Made by a program: the position numbers and the translations under genes. The notes under the pieces were generated by a model that was given only the letters and a program-made list of their open reading frames with translations, had not been told where the DNA came from and did not search any database. DNA of 64,000 nucleotides, from contig CBDAOC010000018.1 of NCBI GenBank assembly GCA_965197925.1, forward strand, positions 192,001 to 256,000, read 5' to 3'. Positions within the stretch are counted from its first letter, which is position 1. Every line of letters starts with the position of its first letter. Positions 43,164-54,500 of the stretch are shown here, one piece after another. This DNA is from Nitrososphaerales archaeon. Lineage in GTDB: Archaea; Thermoproteota; Nitrososphaeria; Nitrososphaerales; UBA213.

Positions 43164-44255
43164 GAGGCTTGGGCGTAATTTAGTTCGAAACGATAAGATC
43201 AGGTTTCAATTTTCATTGGTAATGTGTTTAGCTCAGACTCCATTACTTCTTCGTATATTATTTTTGATTGGTGTGATTTGGACAAAACCTAATAGGAAAA
43301 GGGGTTAGACCATTTTATTATTCTCCTACAGTTATGGTGAGATGCTTCATCGTTAGAGTATGGATAAGAATACCAAGCAACAATGCTTTGCATGAATACT
43401 ATTCGATAGACATGCCATACAACAGGAAGGTAATGAAGGCATGTGGTCTTAATAGATTGCCAGACAGAAGAACATTCGACAGAAGGTTCAAGGCCATGTC
43501 AATTGACATAAGATCAAGGATAGATGTTATGGGTATGCTCTTCATAAAAGATGGGTTGGTAGACCCAGCCATAGTATCCGTTGACAGTTCATTGTTGAAA
43601 GCAAAGGGACATGTATGGCATAGATCAAACATGAAGAAGAATGAAGTGCCACGCTCGGGTATAGATACAGATGCTCGATGGGGATTCAGCAGAACCAAGG
43701 GACGGGTATTCGGATACAAGATGCATCTAGCATGTAGTACTGGTTCGTTGATAGTTCCATTGTCAGCTGATTTCACAACAGCTAACATTACTGATAACAA
43801 GATGTATGAAAGCATAACATCTTCATTGCCTACAGGAATGGTAAGGTATGTTGTAGGAGATGAAGGATATGATGATCACAAGTTATGTGATTTCAGCAGG
43901 TATAGAGGGCATCCAGTATTCCCATTGGAAAGGTACAAGCATACTACAGATAATAGACTGGCATTGCTGCAGTTCTATAACTCTGAATTTGGACAGCATG
44001 TATATTCTCGGAGGAGCATAAGCGTTGAGCCATTGATAGAGCATATGAAGGATGTATTTACCATAGATCCATTGCCAGTTAGAGGATTTGATAAAGCTAG
44101 GAGCATCGTTCTGATTTCTATATTGCTATACCAGCTGATGGTATACTATAACTACTTGACAGGAAGACCATTAAGGGCATTGAAGCACATGTTGGGAAGT
44201 TAATCAATCAGAGGCATCAAGTTATTTTTGTTATATGGAATAATGCCCATGCCTC
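43164..44255 (+). mobile_element. type C DDE IS (~1.09 kb; size and 8-bp TSD fit an IS5 ISH1-like group), TSD AATTACTT
   Basis: TIRs; AATTACTT at 43156-43163 and 44256-44263; ORF 43334-44203. Confidence 0.95.
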
Positions 44256-44257
44256 AA

Positions 44258-46297
44258 TTACTTAGTGCTTATCTCTTTTGGCGGCAGAATTGTTTGTGGT
44301 TTGTACTGGTCCATTGTAAACCTGCGTGAGGTTGCGAAAGGATGGAAGGGTCTGCCTCTGCCATGAAAGAACTTTGAGAAAAATTCGACGTACATCAATC
44401 GTGCTCCCTGAATCCCAGGCTCGAAGATCCCTATTATGTTGTTGAATAAGTGACCAACCAGAAGTATTATAACTCCAGCTACTATGAACAACTCTCCTCT
44501 GTTCAAGGATTTCAGAAAGATAAAATCTATTAGGTGAGCAAATATTACCGACGCCACAAGTATCCCCACTATACGCGTATAAGATAGAATATGACTGATG
44601 ATGGAGGGTAACTCCAAAAGCGCTCGCATTCCTTCCCCGTAAAACATTAAACCGATACCGACAAAGATCATCCCAAAGTAGCTTCCAACAATAGGATTTT
44701 TCATAGGATTCATAGTTTCGCCACCTAGGAGAACTAATCCGAATAAAGCAAGTCCCCATCCAAATAAGAGCCATCCCGCCTTTCCCAAGATTCCTCGTTT
44801 GTTCTTCTCCCAGTAGTGATTCAAAATACCCAGAGCTAATCCAGAAGACACCGCAATTAGCCCGATGTACCCACTGATAAGAAGAAGTTTGCGTAAACCG
44901 TAGGTGCTTATGGGATCAAAAAAAGTACCGTTGGAGGGCAGGTTTAGACCTAGTTCATTTAATAATTCGAAGGGATATGCATTTAGATGGAATCCAAAGT
45001 ACAAGTTGAACAGAAAACCTAAGAAAATTGCAATGATCGAACCAGGGATCATAACCTTCGCGAGCTTTACCATCTGTCGTGGGGTGAGTATCATAGTCAC
45101 GAATTTGATCAACTTTCTTGGCATCAGAGTCCTACCCTTTTTTCCTCCCTCAACACGCCGTACAACCCATATCGAGCCAACAAGTATTACCAATCCATAA
45201 CCAACATCTCCTAGCATCATACCAAAGAATAGAGGGAAAATAAAAGCAAAGATCAAAGTGGGATCCACCTCATTGGAAGACGGAAGAGAATAGAACCTGA
45301 TGAAGGATTCCACAACCCTAAACCTCTTTGGGTTAGAAAGAAGCGTAGGTGGATTTTCTTCACTTTCCAACTCGTAAACTTGGGTGGTTCCAGGGGCATA
45401 TCTTTCTAGGGTATTCCTCAATTGTTCAAGATTTGGTGTAGGCACCCATCCCTCAAGAGCGAATACATCATTAGTAACACCAAGATTAGCAGCCACTTCC
45501 TGCTCTCTGCTTTCGATTGTAAGTTGTTCTTCTACAGACACTATGGTAGCGAAATGCTTTTCCGAGAGCTCCCTCTTTTGTTGCTCAAAATGTTTAAGCG
45601 TTTTGGAGAATTCATTCAATTCATCCTTTAGCTTCACCATTAGGTCATTCGGTTTGCCAGAAATCCTAGGCATTGGTTCCATCTTTGCTCCATAGCGTTC
45701 TATCGCATTAGCAAGAACGTTTGAGGGAAATTCTGGTGGAATGACAAGAATAAAACGGTTAAGATCCTTTCCTTGTTGTTTATATAAAATTATTTTAGAC
45801 GGATCGACTTGTAAAGCCTGTTTAAAAGCTTCAAAATTTTCAGGTTTAATACGCCCAAAGAATGGATGTGCCAATCTGAACTGAAGGATATTCAGATCTT
45901 CTGGGAAGAAAGAGAATTCTTCTACCAATCGAAGGTGTTCAGTTGACTTTTTCATTTTGGTAAGTAGGTCTTCCTTTTGTCTCTCAAGAGAGGCAACTTC
46001 TCCATCAATTGTAATGGACCGAGCTGCAGCCATCAAGTCATAGAGGGATGGGAAACGACGTGACTCTGAAAATGGTCGAGCTGGAAGAATACTCTTTAGT
46101 GCTCTAATTCTTAACAGCTGATCTGAAACTTCTTTGTGAAGATCATTATCACGCTCATTTCGAAGCATCTCCACAACACTTTTTGATAGTGATTCCAGAT
46201 GCACTACTCCGAGGTCATGAAGGATGGATACTACTCGCTGTCTTTGTATCCTGAGACCGAGAACAGATATACGCTTCATGGAAACAGGCTTTAACAT
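44258..46297 (-). CDS. atpI: V/A-type ATP synthase subunit I (a)
   Basis: MLKPVSMKRI, EGWVP, DPT, GDVGYG, SHILSYTRI, RLMYVEFFSKF. Confidence 0.96.
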   Translation of the reverse strand: MLKPVSMKRISVLGLRIQRQRVVSILHDLGVVHLESLSKSVVEMLRNERDNDLHKEVSDQLLRIRALKSILPARPFSESRRFPSLYDLMAAARSITIDGEVASLERQKEDLLTKMKKSTEHLRLVEEFSFFPEDLNILQFRLAHPFFGRIKPENFEAFKQALQVDPSKIILYKQQGKDLNRFILVIPPEFPSNVLANAIERYGAKMEPMPRISGKPNDLMVKLKDELNEFSKTLKHFEQQKRELSEKHFATIVSVEEQLTIESREQEVAANLGVTNDVFALEGWVPTPNLEQLRNTLERYAPGTTQVYELESEENPPTLLSNPKRFRVVESFIRFYSLPSSNEVDPTLIFAFIFPLFFGMMLGDVGYGLVILVGSIWVVRRVEGGKKGRTLMPRKLIKFVTMILTPRQMVKLAKVMIPGSIIAIFLGFLFNLYFGFHLNAYPFELLNELGLNLPSNGTFFDPISTYGLRKLLLISGYIGLIAVSSGLALGILNHYWEKNKRGILGKAGWLLFGWGLALFGLVLLGGETMNPMKNPIVGSYFGMIFVGIGLMFYGEGMRALLELPSIISHILSYTRIVGILVASVIFAHLIDFIFLKSLNRGELFIVAGVIILLVGHLFNNIIGIFEPGIQGARLMYVEFFSKFFHGRGRPFHPFATSRRFTMDQYKPQTILPPKEISTK

Positions 46298-46307
46298 AAT
46301 TATACAC

Positions 46308-46640
46308 CTAGAGGCGTTTCAGTAATACCTCTTCAATAATTGTAAGCACAGTCTTTTCGTCCAACTTTTTATTTGATATCGTTGATGCCTCTGCCTTAGC
46401 ATCATCCAAAATTTTCTTTGCCTCCGCTAGAGCTTTCTGCCTGGCTTCTTCAACTTGTTTGGCTAACTGCTCCTCACATTCCTTACGAGTGGATTCCAAT
46501 GCTGCTTCAATTGACAAATGTAGATTCTGCAGTTCTTCCTGAACAAACTTCCTGCGGCCCTCAACATCATCGTGTAATTTCTCTTCCTCTTCTTTAATCT
46601 TTTTTAATGATTTTACATATTCTTCTTGTGATTCTATCAT
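46308..46640 (-). CDS. atpH: V/A-type ATP synthase subunit H (G)
   Basis: 110-aa E/K/A-rich coiled coil immediately upstream of subunit I. Confidence 0.8.
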   Translation of the reverse strand: MIESQEEYVKSLKKIKEEEEKLHDDVEGRRKFVQEELQNLHLSIEAALESTRKECEEQLAKQVEEARQKALAEAKKILDDAKAEASTISNKKLDEKTVLTIIEEVLLKRL

Positions 46641-46757
46641 ATATTACCTTTTTCCAAGGATCCAAATGGGAATGGTGGCGCAATACCAGCAACCGCAACA
46701 TTGACAACCTTTATCATTCTATTTATCATATAAAACAGTCTCTTAGTAATAACTAAT

Positions 46758-47402
46758 TTAGGCAATAATTTTATCCTCCCTCGCTTTCATATTTCGTTTT
46801 ACGGTTTTGAGCATAATAAAGGCATCACGCTCCATTTCATCAAACCTAAACTTTATGTAACTCACCACTGCTTCTAGCCTTGGAATCAGTACATTCTCGA
46901 TGGCGTTGGATCTTCGCTTTGTCTTTTCGATTTCATGAAGAATCTTCCTAAGAGCAGTCTCTTTCTCTGCCACATCCAATACCATTTTGTGGATCTGTCG
47001 GAATATCTTGATGGCTTCGTGGATAGAAGTGGGAAGCTCCAAGAACATTTCTGGGAAGTCGTCCATACTTCCTGCTCCTTCCAAATGAGGAATTCTGACC
47101 CCCATCACATTCTTTGGAACTATCATGAGCCTCTGAAGCTTAGGGATTTTCATTGCTCCATTTTCTAGCCTGAGCGAACCTGCGAGCATCTCCGCCATCC
47201 TTATAGTTTCATAGCCTTCGAGTAGCCTCATACGAAGATCACCTCGGAGGGATACAGCCTTTTTGCTTATTCCGAAAAACTCTAGAATCAAGGCTTGACG
47301 TTTCAGCTTTAGAATATTAAGTCCCTTCTTTGCTATTACAATTCTACGTTTAGTGCGAAGGTATTCCATTCGGGTAGGACGAACGTTTATGACTACTGGC
47401 AT
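46758..47402 (-). CDS. atpD: V/A-type ATP synthase subunit D
   Basis: PTRME, LKLKR, NVMGV, EIEKTKRRSNAIE. Confidence 0.96.
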   Translation of the reverse strand: MPVVINVRPTRMEYLRTKRRIVIAKKGLNILKLKRQALILEFFGISKKAVSLRGDLRMRLLEGYETIRMAEMLAGSLRLENGAMKIPKLQRLMIVPKNVMGVRIPHLEGAGSMDDFPEMFLELPTSIHEAIKIFRQIHKMVLDVAEKETALRKILHEIEKTKRRSNAIENVLIPRLEAVVSYIKFRFDEMERDAFIMLKTVKRNMKAREDKIIA

Positions 47403-47404
47403 AT

Positions 47405-48817
47405 CTAACCAATCCTACTTATTTCAGTAGGTTGTTCTCCCTTCTGTCTATTTCTGTACTTGGCAATGAACTCAGGTCTGACACGCTTTATCTCTGATTC
47501 GGAGAGCTCATCCAGGACACTCCAACCCATATTAAGGGTCTGTTCAATAGAACGATCCTCATCAAATGCTTGATTTACGAATTTACCCTCAAAGATAGAA
47601 GCGATTCTAAGGAACTTCCTATCGATCTCGCTAAGGGCCTCATCCCCGACAATGGCAGATAGAGCTCTAGAGTCCTTGCCTTGAGCGTATGAAGAGTAGA
47701 GCTGGTCAGCTAGACCTCTGTGATCCTCCCTTGTCCGTCCCTCTCCGATGCCCTGATTCATCAGACGAGAAAGGCTGGGTAGAACATCAATAGGGGGATA
47801 AATATCAGCCCTGTTCATATCTCTGCTCATGACCAATTGACCTTCCGTGATATAACCAGTGAGATCTGGGATTGGATGTGTTATATCATCTACTGGCATT
47901 GTAAGGATCGGAATTTGAGTAATCGAGCCGTTTCTACCCCTTATTCTGCCTGCCCGTTCATAAATGGTAGCCAAGTCTGTATACATATATCCTGGATATC
48001 CACGCCTTCCAGGCACTTCTTCACGTGCAGCAGAGATCTCCCGCAGGGCTTCACAGTAATTGGTCATATCTGTTAGAATGACCAAGACATGCATTTCACG
48101 TTCATATGCAAGAAATTCTGCGGTTGTTAAGGCCATCCTTGGTGTTAGAACCCTTTCCATGGAAGGATCTGAAGATAAGTTAAGGAATAGAACCGTTCTA
48201 CGTAATGCACCTGTCTCCTCGAATTGTTTTAAGAAGTAATTTGCTTCCTCACTAGTGATTCCCATTGCTGCAAAAACAATAGCAAAATTCTCGGAGATTC
48301 CCAGGACCTTAGCCTGCCTAGCAATCTGAGCTGCAAGAAGGTTATGGGGAAGTCCTGAACCTGAGAAGATGGGAAGCTTTTGACCTCTTACCAATGTGTT
48401 CATAGCATCGATGCTGGAGATTCCAGTCTGAATGAACTCCGATGGCTCCTCCCTCGAGTATGGATTTATACCCGAGCTCACTAGATCCTGTTTTTCTTTG
48501 GCTATGATCTTGGGTCCACCATCCCTGGGATTGCCTAGACCATCAAATACCCTTCCTAGCATTTCATCAGAAACTGCCAGTTGAGCAGTCTCCCCTAGGA
48601 ACCTGACCGAGGTCCCTGTAATACTCATTCCCAGAGTCAGACCAAAAACTTGTACTATAGCCAATCCTTCCCTAGAATCCAAAACCTGACCTTGGCGTCT
48701 TTCACCATTAGGAAGTTTTATCTCTACCATCTCACCATAAGCTGCGTCCTTTACTTCTCCAACAAAAACAAGGGGGCCTGAGATGTTAGATATTGTCTTG
48801 AAATCTAGAAATGGCAT
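47405..48817 (-). CDS. atpB: V/A-type ATP synthase subunit B
   Basis: [30 protein letters not shown]. Confidence 0.98.
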   Translation of the reverse strand: MPFLDFKTISNISGPLVFVGEVKDAAYGEMVEIKLPNGERRQGQVLDSREGLAIVQVFGLTLGMSITGTSVRFLGETAQLAVSDEMLGRVFDGLGNPRDGGPKIIAKEKQDLVSSGINPYSREEPSEFIQTGISSIDAMNTLVRGQKLPIFSGSGLPHNLLAAQIARQAKVLGISENFAIVFAAMGITSEEANYFLKQFEETGALRRTVLFLNLSSDPSMERVLTPRMALTTAEFLAYEREMHVLVILTDMTNYCEALREISAAREEVPGRRGYPGYMYTDLATIYERAGRIRGRNGSITQIPILTMPVDDITHPIPDLTGYITEGQLVMSRDMNRADIYPPIDVLPSLSRLMNQGIGEGRTREDHRGLADQLYSSYAQGKDSRALSAIVGDEALSEIDRKFLRIASIFEGKFVNQAFDEDRSIEQTLNMGWSVLDELSESEIKRVRPEFIAKYRNRQKGEQPTEISRIG

Positions 48818-50613
48818 TACGTGGTCACCTTCTGTTGTAACTCCTTAAATTGATCTTCCATATCCAATCTGATCTGATTGGCTAGTGTTTTAACCTCTTC
48901 CTCTGGAGTCCACTTTATCTTTGATATCTGATTTTTCACATTTAGATCACTAACCTGAGAGGCATGAGCACCCTGACTTATCACCTTCGTCTCCTTCTTA
49001 CCAAACTCCAGAATTGCAGTGAGCATGGTATACTGCTTTTCAATGGATGTGTAAGTGTCTACTTCGTCATAGGCACTCTGTTGCAAATAGTCCTCCCTAA
49101 GGGAGCGGGCGGTATCTAGAATGCCCTTCTCAGGTTCTGGTAATGCATCATATCCTACAAGTTGTACAATCTCCTGAAGTTCCGATTCTCTCTGTAATAT
49201 CTCCAATGCCTCCTTCCTTAGGTCTACCCAGTTCGCTGCAACATTCTTCGTAAACCATTCACCCAGATCCCTAACATAAAGTGAATAGCTATTAAGCCAA
49301 TTAATCGAAGGAAAGTGTCTTCTAGATGCCAAAGCGGCATCAAGTGCCCAGAATACCCTAGTTACTCTCAGAGTGTTCTGTGAAACGGGTTCAGAGAAAT
49401 CACCCCCAGGCGGCGAGACTGCACCTACCACAGTTATAGAGCCTAGCCTCATCTCCGGGGAATCAACAACAACTTTACCTCCTCTAGCATAAAATTCAGC
49501 CAACTTCCTTCCTAGATATGCTGGATATCCCTCCTCTCCAGGCATCTCCTCTAACCTTCCAGAGATCTCTCTTAGGGCCTCAGCCCACCTAGACGTGCTG
49601 TCAGCCATCAGACTCACATCATATCCCATATCTCGATAGTATTCGGCCATTGTAATTCCTGTGTATATGCTAGCCTCACGGGCCGCGACGGGCATGTTAG
49701 AAGTATTGGCAATCAAAATAGTACGCTCCATCAAAGGACGTTTTGACTTGGGATCTAGGAGCTCTGGAAATGTAGCGAGGACTTCAGCAATCTCATTCCC
49801 CCTCTCGCCACATCCTACGTACACAATCACCGAGCTGTCAGCCCACTTTGCAAGCTGATGCTGAATCACTGTCTTTCCACTACCAAAAGGGCCTGGAATC
49901 GCCGCTATGCCACCCTTAGCGATTGGAAAGAATGTGTCAAGAGTGCGTTGTCCAGTGAGCAATGGAGCTTCAGGTGGGAGTTTTCGTAAAAACGGTCTAG
50001 GTGTACGAACACGCCATCGACTGGACAAACCTACTTCCTTCTTACCTTTAGCTGTTTGGATTGTTGCTACAGTATCCTTCACCGTGTATTCTCCTTCCCT
50101 TATTTCCTCAAGTTCGCCCTTGACATCAAAGGGAACCATGATTCTATGCTTAATCAGAGGAGTTTCCTGTACGTCACCTAAGATCTCTCCAGGGGAGACC
50201 TTGTCACCCTTTTTCGTAATTGGAACGAACTCCCATTTCTTCTCCTCGTTGAGAGCGGCCATTGAATGTCCTCTTCCGATAAAGTCGCCAGCTTGTTTTC
50301 TTAAGATATCGAGTGGTCTCTGGATGCCATCATAGATTGAAGTAAGGAGGCCAGGTCCTAGGTCTAGAGAGAGTGCTTGCTTGGTATTGATAACTTTGTC
50401 TCCAGGTCTCAGACCTGTAGTATCCTCGTAGACTTGAATACTTGCTTTACTGCCATCCAATCGGATTATCTCGCCAACAAGGCCTAGTTCACCGAGATTC
50501 ACCACATCATACATCTGGGCTCCCTCTAGCCCACTTGCGATGACTACAGGACCAGAGACTCTGTTTACTATTGAATTAACTATTTCATTCACCTGTTCTA
50601 ATATCGACTCCAA
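48817..50613 (-). CDS. atpA: V/A-type ATP synthase subunit A
   Basis: Walker [27 protein letters not shown]; no intein. Confidence 0.98.
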   Translation of the reverse strand: MESILEQVNEIVNSIVNRVSGPVVIASGLEGAQMYDVVNLGELGLVGEIIRLDGSKASIQVYEDTTGLRPGDKVINTKQALSLDLGPGLLTSIYDGIQRPLDILRKQAGDFIGRGHSMAALNEEKKWEFVPITKKGDKVSPGEILGDVQETPLIKHRIMVPFDVKGELEEIREGEYTVKDTVATIQTAKGKKEVGLSSRWRVRTPRPFLRKLPPEAPLLTGQRTLDTFFPIAKGGIAAIPGPFGSGKTVIQHQLAKWADSSVIVYVGCGERGNEIAEVLATFPELLDPKSKRPLMERTILIANTSNMPVAAREASIYTGITMAEYYRDMGYDVSLMADSTSRWAEALREISGRLEEMPGEEGYPAYLGRKLAEFYARGGKVVVDSPEMRLGSITVVGAVSPPGGDFSEPVSQNTLRVTRVFWALDAALASRRHFPSINWLNSYSLYVRDLGEWFTKNVAANWVDLRKEALEILQRESELQEIVQLVGYDALPEPEKGILDTARSLREDYLQQSAYDEVDTYTSIEKQYTMLTAILEFGKKETKVISQGAHASQVSDLNVKNQISKIKWTPEEEVKTLANQIRLDMEDQFKELQQKVTT

Positions 50614-50941
50614 GAATCCGCCTCGCCAGATCCGCTATTGATTCTTCCTTGACACCTTCCCCAAGGGACGGCATGAACATAACGAGGGGCTTCAGTGATC
50701 CCTCGACCTTTGTCCTAAAGGCCGGGGAAAGTAGATCACGTACGGACTGGCTCACCACCATAAAACCGAATTCGTTTGAATAAAAAAGTCGCTGCATTAC
50801 CTTAACAGCTTCTTCTCCGGTAACAACAAACGTAGAATCAATCCCTAAAAGGCGATAACCTGTCACCAGCTCTTGGTCACCCACGATAGCTATCTTTACA
50901 CTTTCAACGTTTTTTTGTTTTGTAGCCATTTTCTCACCCAA
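50585..50941 (-). CDS. atpF: V/A-type ATP synthase subunit F
   Basis: [19 protein letters not shown]...RRILGVDI. Confidence 0.93.
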   Translation of the reverse strand: MGEKMATKQKNVESVKIAIVGDQELVTGYRLLGIDSTFVVTGEEAVKVMQRLFYSNEFGFMVVSQSVRDLLSPAFRTKVEGSLKPLVMFMPSLGEGVKEESIADLARRILGVDIRTGE

Positions 50942-52001
50942 ATATTAGCATAGATCTTATCCGTTCCGTCGAAAGATTATAATGCTTTCCATAGACAATT
51001 TTGCGTAAATTTGCCCGCTCAAGCTCCGCACGTATTATGAAGTAAAATATTATTCCAATAGAAAGTGGTACATTCTTCAGTCTTTTGAATTGCCTCTCAT
51101 TTATGACTTTGTCAATAGCAACCTCAAAGTCGATCAAACTCTTGGTTTTGTTGTACTCCTCTAATCCTTCCCCAAACTTGTAATAGGGTTCAATCCTTCC
51201 CACAAGTTCGTCCACATTCTTGGCCGTGTAAATTTCTCCCAATTCCTGGGTCGAAATGGTTCCTCCTTCTATGAAGTGTTGATTGATTACTTTCATGTCT
51301 ATACCGCTTTCTTTTGCTTTCGAAAGGTTGAGAATATTTCTTCTGTCTATCTGAGCCTTAATCAGCTCTCTGATTACACCCTCATCGCCTTGGAAGAATT
51401 TGAGACCCTCAAGAAGTGAGGAATAGTAGAATCTTTGTAATGCCACCATCATCGGACCAAGATCCTCTGTTTTTTTATATTTCTCCAAGTGCTGCATCAA
51501 TACCGTCCCATAGCCATACCGAATCAATTGATTTACAACGTCTTCTACATTTGTTTGAGACAGCAGGATCATTATATCGTCATGAACAATATTTCCTCCT
51601 TCAACTCCAGCAGGCACCTTCCTACTGGACACCAAAAAATGTTCTGTCTCTGTTATGGTTTTACCCAGTATCTTTGATGATAGAATTAGCTCAATATTTA
51701 GAATATCCCACTTTGCCAAGTAGGCCCTAATTGCAGACTTTCCATTAAATGGTGAAGACCCCATGGCCGTCGTGTTAACTCCAACTAGATGACGATTCAG
51801 GGCTATCTCAATAAGATCCAATGGTTTGTAAAGTGATGCAGCACGCTCAATTTCGTGCCCGTACCATGTGGATGCCAACTGTTTGATGATCTCCCCAACA
51901 TCTCTAGCTCGAAGTAAATCCATCATGTACTCCTCAGGGAGGAAGTTTAGGGATAGAGCTTGCAATCTACCAAATGAAGCTGAGTATGAAGAGGAAGGCA
52001 T
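50934..52001 (-). CDS. atpC: V/A-type ATP synthase subunit C
   Basis: KWDILNI, IDRRNI, ELERANLRKIVYGK; operon position. Confidence 0.92.
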   Translation of the reverse strand: MPSSSYSASFGRLQALSLNFLPEEYMMDLLRARDVGEIIKQLASTWYGHEIERAASLYKPLDLIEIALNRHLVGVNTTAMGSSPFNGKSAIRAYLAKWDILNIELILSSKILGKTITETEHFLVSSRKVPAGVEGGNIVHDDIMILLSQTNVEDVVNQLIRYGYGTVLMQHLEKYKKTEDLGPMMVALQRFYYSSLLEGLKFFQGDEGVIRELIKAQIDRRNILNLSKAKESGIDMKVINQHFIEGGTISTQELGEIYTAKNVDELVGRIEPYYKFGEGLEEYNKTKSLIDFEVAIDKVINERQFKRLKNVPLSIGIIFYFIIRAELERANLRKIVYGKHYNLSTERIRSMLIFG

Positions 52002-52003
52002 TA

Positions 52004-52561
52004 CTATCCTTTGCCTACAAGGACACCGTAAATATCATCTTCATGTATACGCAGAAGTTCATCAAAGGTAAAATCAAACTGCATTGTACCGTCATGATTC
52101 TCCACCATTATTCCTCCCAGGATTTGAATGGAATTGTCACTTGCCGTCATCCCAATATCCTTCAAAATGCCGCGATCCTCTTCTCTACACCAAATTTGAA
52201 TATCCTCGCCAAGCCTAGTCTTTGAAATTTTGATCATTTCTTCTAAAATCCCCTTATACTTTGAATTCTTTGAATAGTTCTTAAGCTCCTGTCTTATCAA
52301 ATCCAACGCTAAATTGAAGTTTGCATTCATAGCCTCGAATACTAACCGCTTTGCCTGCAAATGTGTTGCTTCGATGATGCTGGTCGTCTCTCTTTCCGTT
52401 CTTAACTTAGTCTCTCTTTCATAACGTCCCCTAAGATCCTTAATCCCTTCATCTTTCTCTTCTAGCAAAGTTTCTTGCTTTTCAGTCAGTTCGGCATCTA
52501 AGGCTTCCAACTCCCTCTTCTTCCGATTCCTTATCTCTACAAGGAAATTATCGGCACTCAA
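52004..52561 (-). CDS. atpE: V/A-type ATP synthase subunit E
   Basis: Coiled coil plus ILGGIMVE..DG...DFTFD. Confidence 0.88.
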   Translation of the reverse strand: MSADNFLVEIRNRKKRELEALDAELTEKQETLLEEKDEGIKDLRGRYERETKLRTERETTSIIEATHLQAKRLVFEAMNANFNLALDLIRQELKNYSKNSKYKGILEEMIKISKTRLGEDIQIWCREEDRGILKDIGMTASDNSIQILGGIMVENHDGTMQFDFTFDELLRIHEDDIYGVLVGKG

Positions 52562-52572
52562 TAAAAATCACC

Positions 52573-52803
52573 TTATAGAATATCAAGCAACAAGATTATT
52601 CCAAGTACGAAACCTATAATCCAAAGAGTTTCTGGAATCACGAAGAAAAATAGGACTTGACCAAATTTTTCAGGTTTCTCCGCAATTATACCCATACCTG
52701 CGGCACCAATACCTTGCTGGGCGTTTCCTGTACCTATCAACCCTCCTGCTATCGCAATAGCCGCTGCAATTGCTAATTGTGGGTCTGCCATTTTTATTGT
52801 CAC
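52573..52803 (-). CDS. atpK: V/A-type ATP synthase subunit K (c), single hairpin
   Basis: GLIGTGNAQQGIGAAGMGIIAEKPEKFGQVLFFFVIPETLWIIG. Confidence 0.96.
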   Translation of the reverse strand: MTIKMADPQLAIAAAIAIAGGLIGTGNAQQGIGAAGMGIIAEKPEKFGQVLFFFVIPETLWIIGFVLGIILLLDIL

Positions 52804-52828
52804 TCGGTTGTCATATATTAATTTTTAG

Positions 52829-52858
52829 TAGATGTAAGATGTTAATATAAGATGTTAA
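52829..52858. promoter_or_regulatory. direct repeats upstream of the atp operon TATA-like region
   Basis: TAAGATGTTAA at 52835-52845 and 52848-52858, plus a partial copy; minus-strand AAAAATTAATATAT nearer the start codon. Confidence 0.45.
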
Positions 52859-52920
52859 ATTGCATTTTCTAATTTGAATGGATCAAATAAAATTCCACTC
52901 ACTTGTTCCATAAAAATTGA

Positions 52921-53178
52921 TCAAGTTTTTCCGATTTCCTTTTGTATCTTTAATATCGGACTACAGCGTGGACATAATTTATGAAGCTCTCCTAATTCTA
53001 TTTCATCGATTAAACTTAAAATTGATGGAACATTGAGATCAGTCTTTAATGCAATAATCCCAATTGGTGTACCCGATGAATAAAGATTCCTAACTTTTTC
53101 CTTTCTATATTTTATAAGCTCATCATCCTTTAACAATATATCAAGATGGTCGGCGATCATTATAAGGGTAGTATACAA
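52921..53178 (-). CDS. small HTH-like hypothetical protein
   Basis: KVRNLYSSGTPIGIIALKTDLNVPSI. Confidence 0.5.
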   Translation of the reverse strand: MYTTLIMIADHLDILLKDDELIKYRKEKVRNLYSSGTPIGIIALKTDLNVPSILSLIDEIELGELHKLCPRCSPILKIQKEIGKT

Positions 53179-53625
53179 TTCTCATGGATGATTATCAATT
53201 GTGACAATAACTTTCTATTGTTGTACTTGAATTGATATGTACCTCTCAGCTTCATAACCTCTTGTGTCAGAAAGAAGTTGCTATCCGATTCAACTTTCAG
53301 TTAAAGTTCTAAAAAGGTAAGCTAGCATATCTTCCTTAATTAGAACATAAATGTAAAGAATATGGGATGAAAAGCAAAGCCAGCGGTGCTCTAACAATAG
53401 CAAATTTTTTCTTATCATTACTTTCAATCTATTCTAGTAGAAATGGCTATTGATGAATCGGTGTTTATAGTCCAAGTAATTCCTTGTATAACAATTAACG
53501 GTAAAGGTTGTAAATCAAATATCTTGGGGACTAACTTATATTATTGAAAATAATAATGAAATTATCCAGTGAACAGTTTTCCTCAAGGAATTATCTCCAT
53601 ATATATACCTCAATTTATTAGTTAG

Positions 53626-53889
53626 ATGTCAAGCAATATTGTTACGATGGAATTAAAATGCCCTCGATGCTCATCCAACAAACAACGTACCATGTCTTCT
53701 TATTTTGCTATATGTTATGATTGTGGCAAGTGGTATTTGACAATTACTAGGAGAATATTCTCTAGGCCCGAATTCGTGAATACCCAGCAGAGGAAGTTTT
53801 ACATGATAACGAGGATGATCAAGATTGCCAATGTTGCAGTTGCTGCTATTGTGATGTTGATTATATTAGGAATTTTCATAGGAGATTAA
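53626..53889 (+). CDS. Zn-ribbon protein with a C-terminal TM helix
   Basis: CPRC...CYDCG and a hydrophobic C-terminus. Confidence 0.6.
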   Translation: MSSNIVTMELKCPRCSSNKQRTMSSYFAICYDCGKWYLTITRRIFSRPEFVNTQQRKFYMITRMIKIANVAVAAIVMLIILGIFIGD

Positions 53890-54500
53890 CTGATTTCTTT
53901 TTCCTCCAAATTACACTAGAATCCATTTAGTAACCTTTACTAGTGCCATGTAGCAGTCTGGTAGACTTCAATATCCTATCTATCTTCCTGAAGAAGGTGT
54001 TTTGATCTTTCTGAAGCTCCTGATGTGCTCATAAAATTCTACTGGCCTTGGTATTTGAAATATCGAATCTTTGAAATAGGTTATGGATTTTTTACCAATA
54101 CTTACAGCAGGATACCTAATGATAGGATATTCCAGACCTCTTGGATAAATGCTCTTGTACATTCTTGACAAGGTTGATAATAATTGATTAACAATAAATT
54201 TATTTGTACAAAACAATTTCCTCATTTTCTACCAGTTGTAATATAAAAAATAATTTAACTTTACCAAGAATGTTGTGACCTAAGCTTTTACTCCAAATGA
54301 ATTCGTAGTGTTCACAAGCTAACGGATTATGCATTGAACATGCTGGCAGTAATTCTTTGCTATTTATAGTCTATACAACTGATGATCATCAATTACTCGA
54401 TTTCCAATACCGTACAACTATCTTCGATACTAAATGGATGGATTATTTTTATGACCAAAATAGCAATAAATATTAGTAAGCATCCAGCAAGGAGCTAAAA

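Noticed and set aside
48817..50613. Intein in ATPase subunit A
   Set aside because: Normal length and a continuous sequence after the Walker A motif
44262..52225. Antisense and alternative-frame ORFs within the atp operon, IS elements and other long genes
   Set aside because: They are shadow ORFs of well-supported genes
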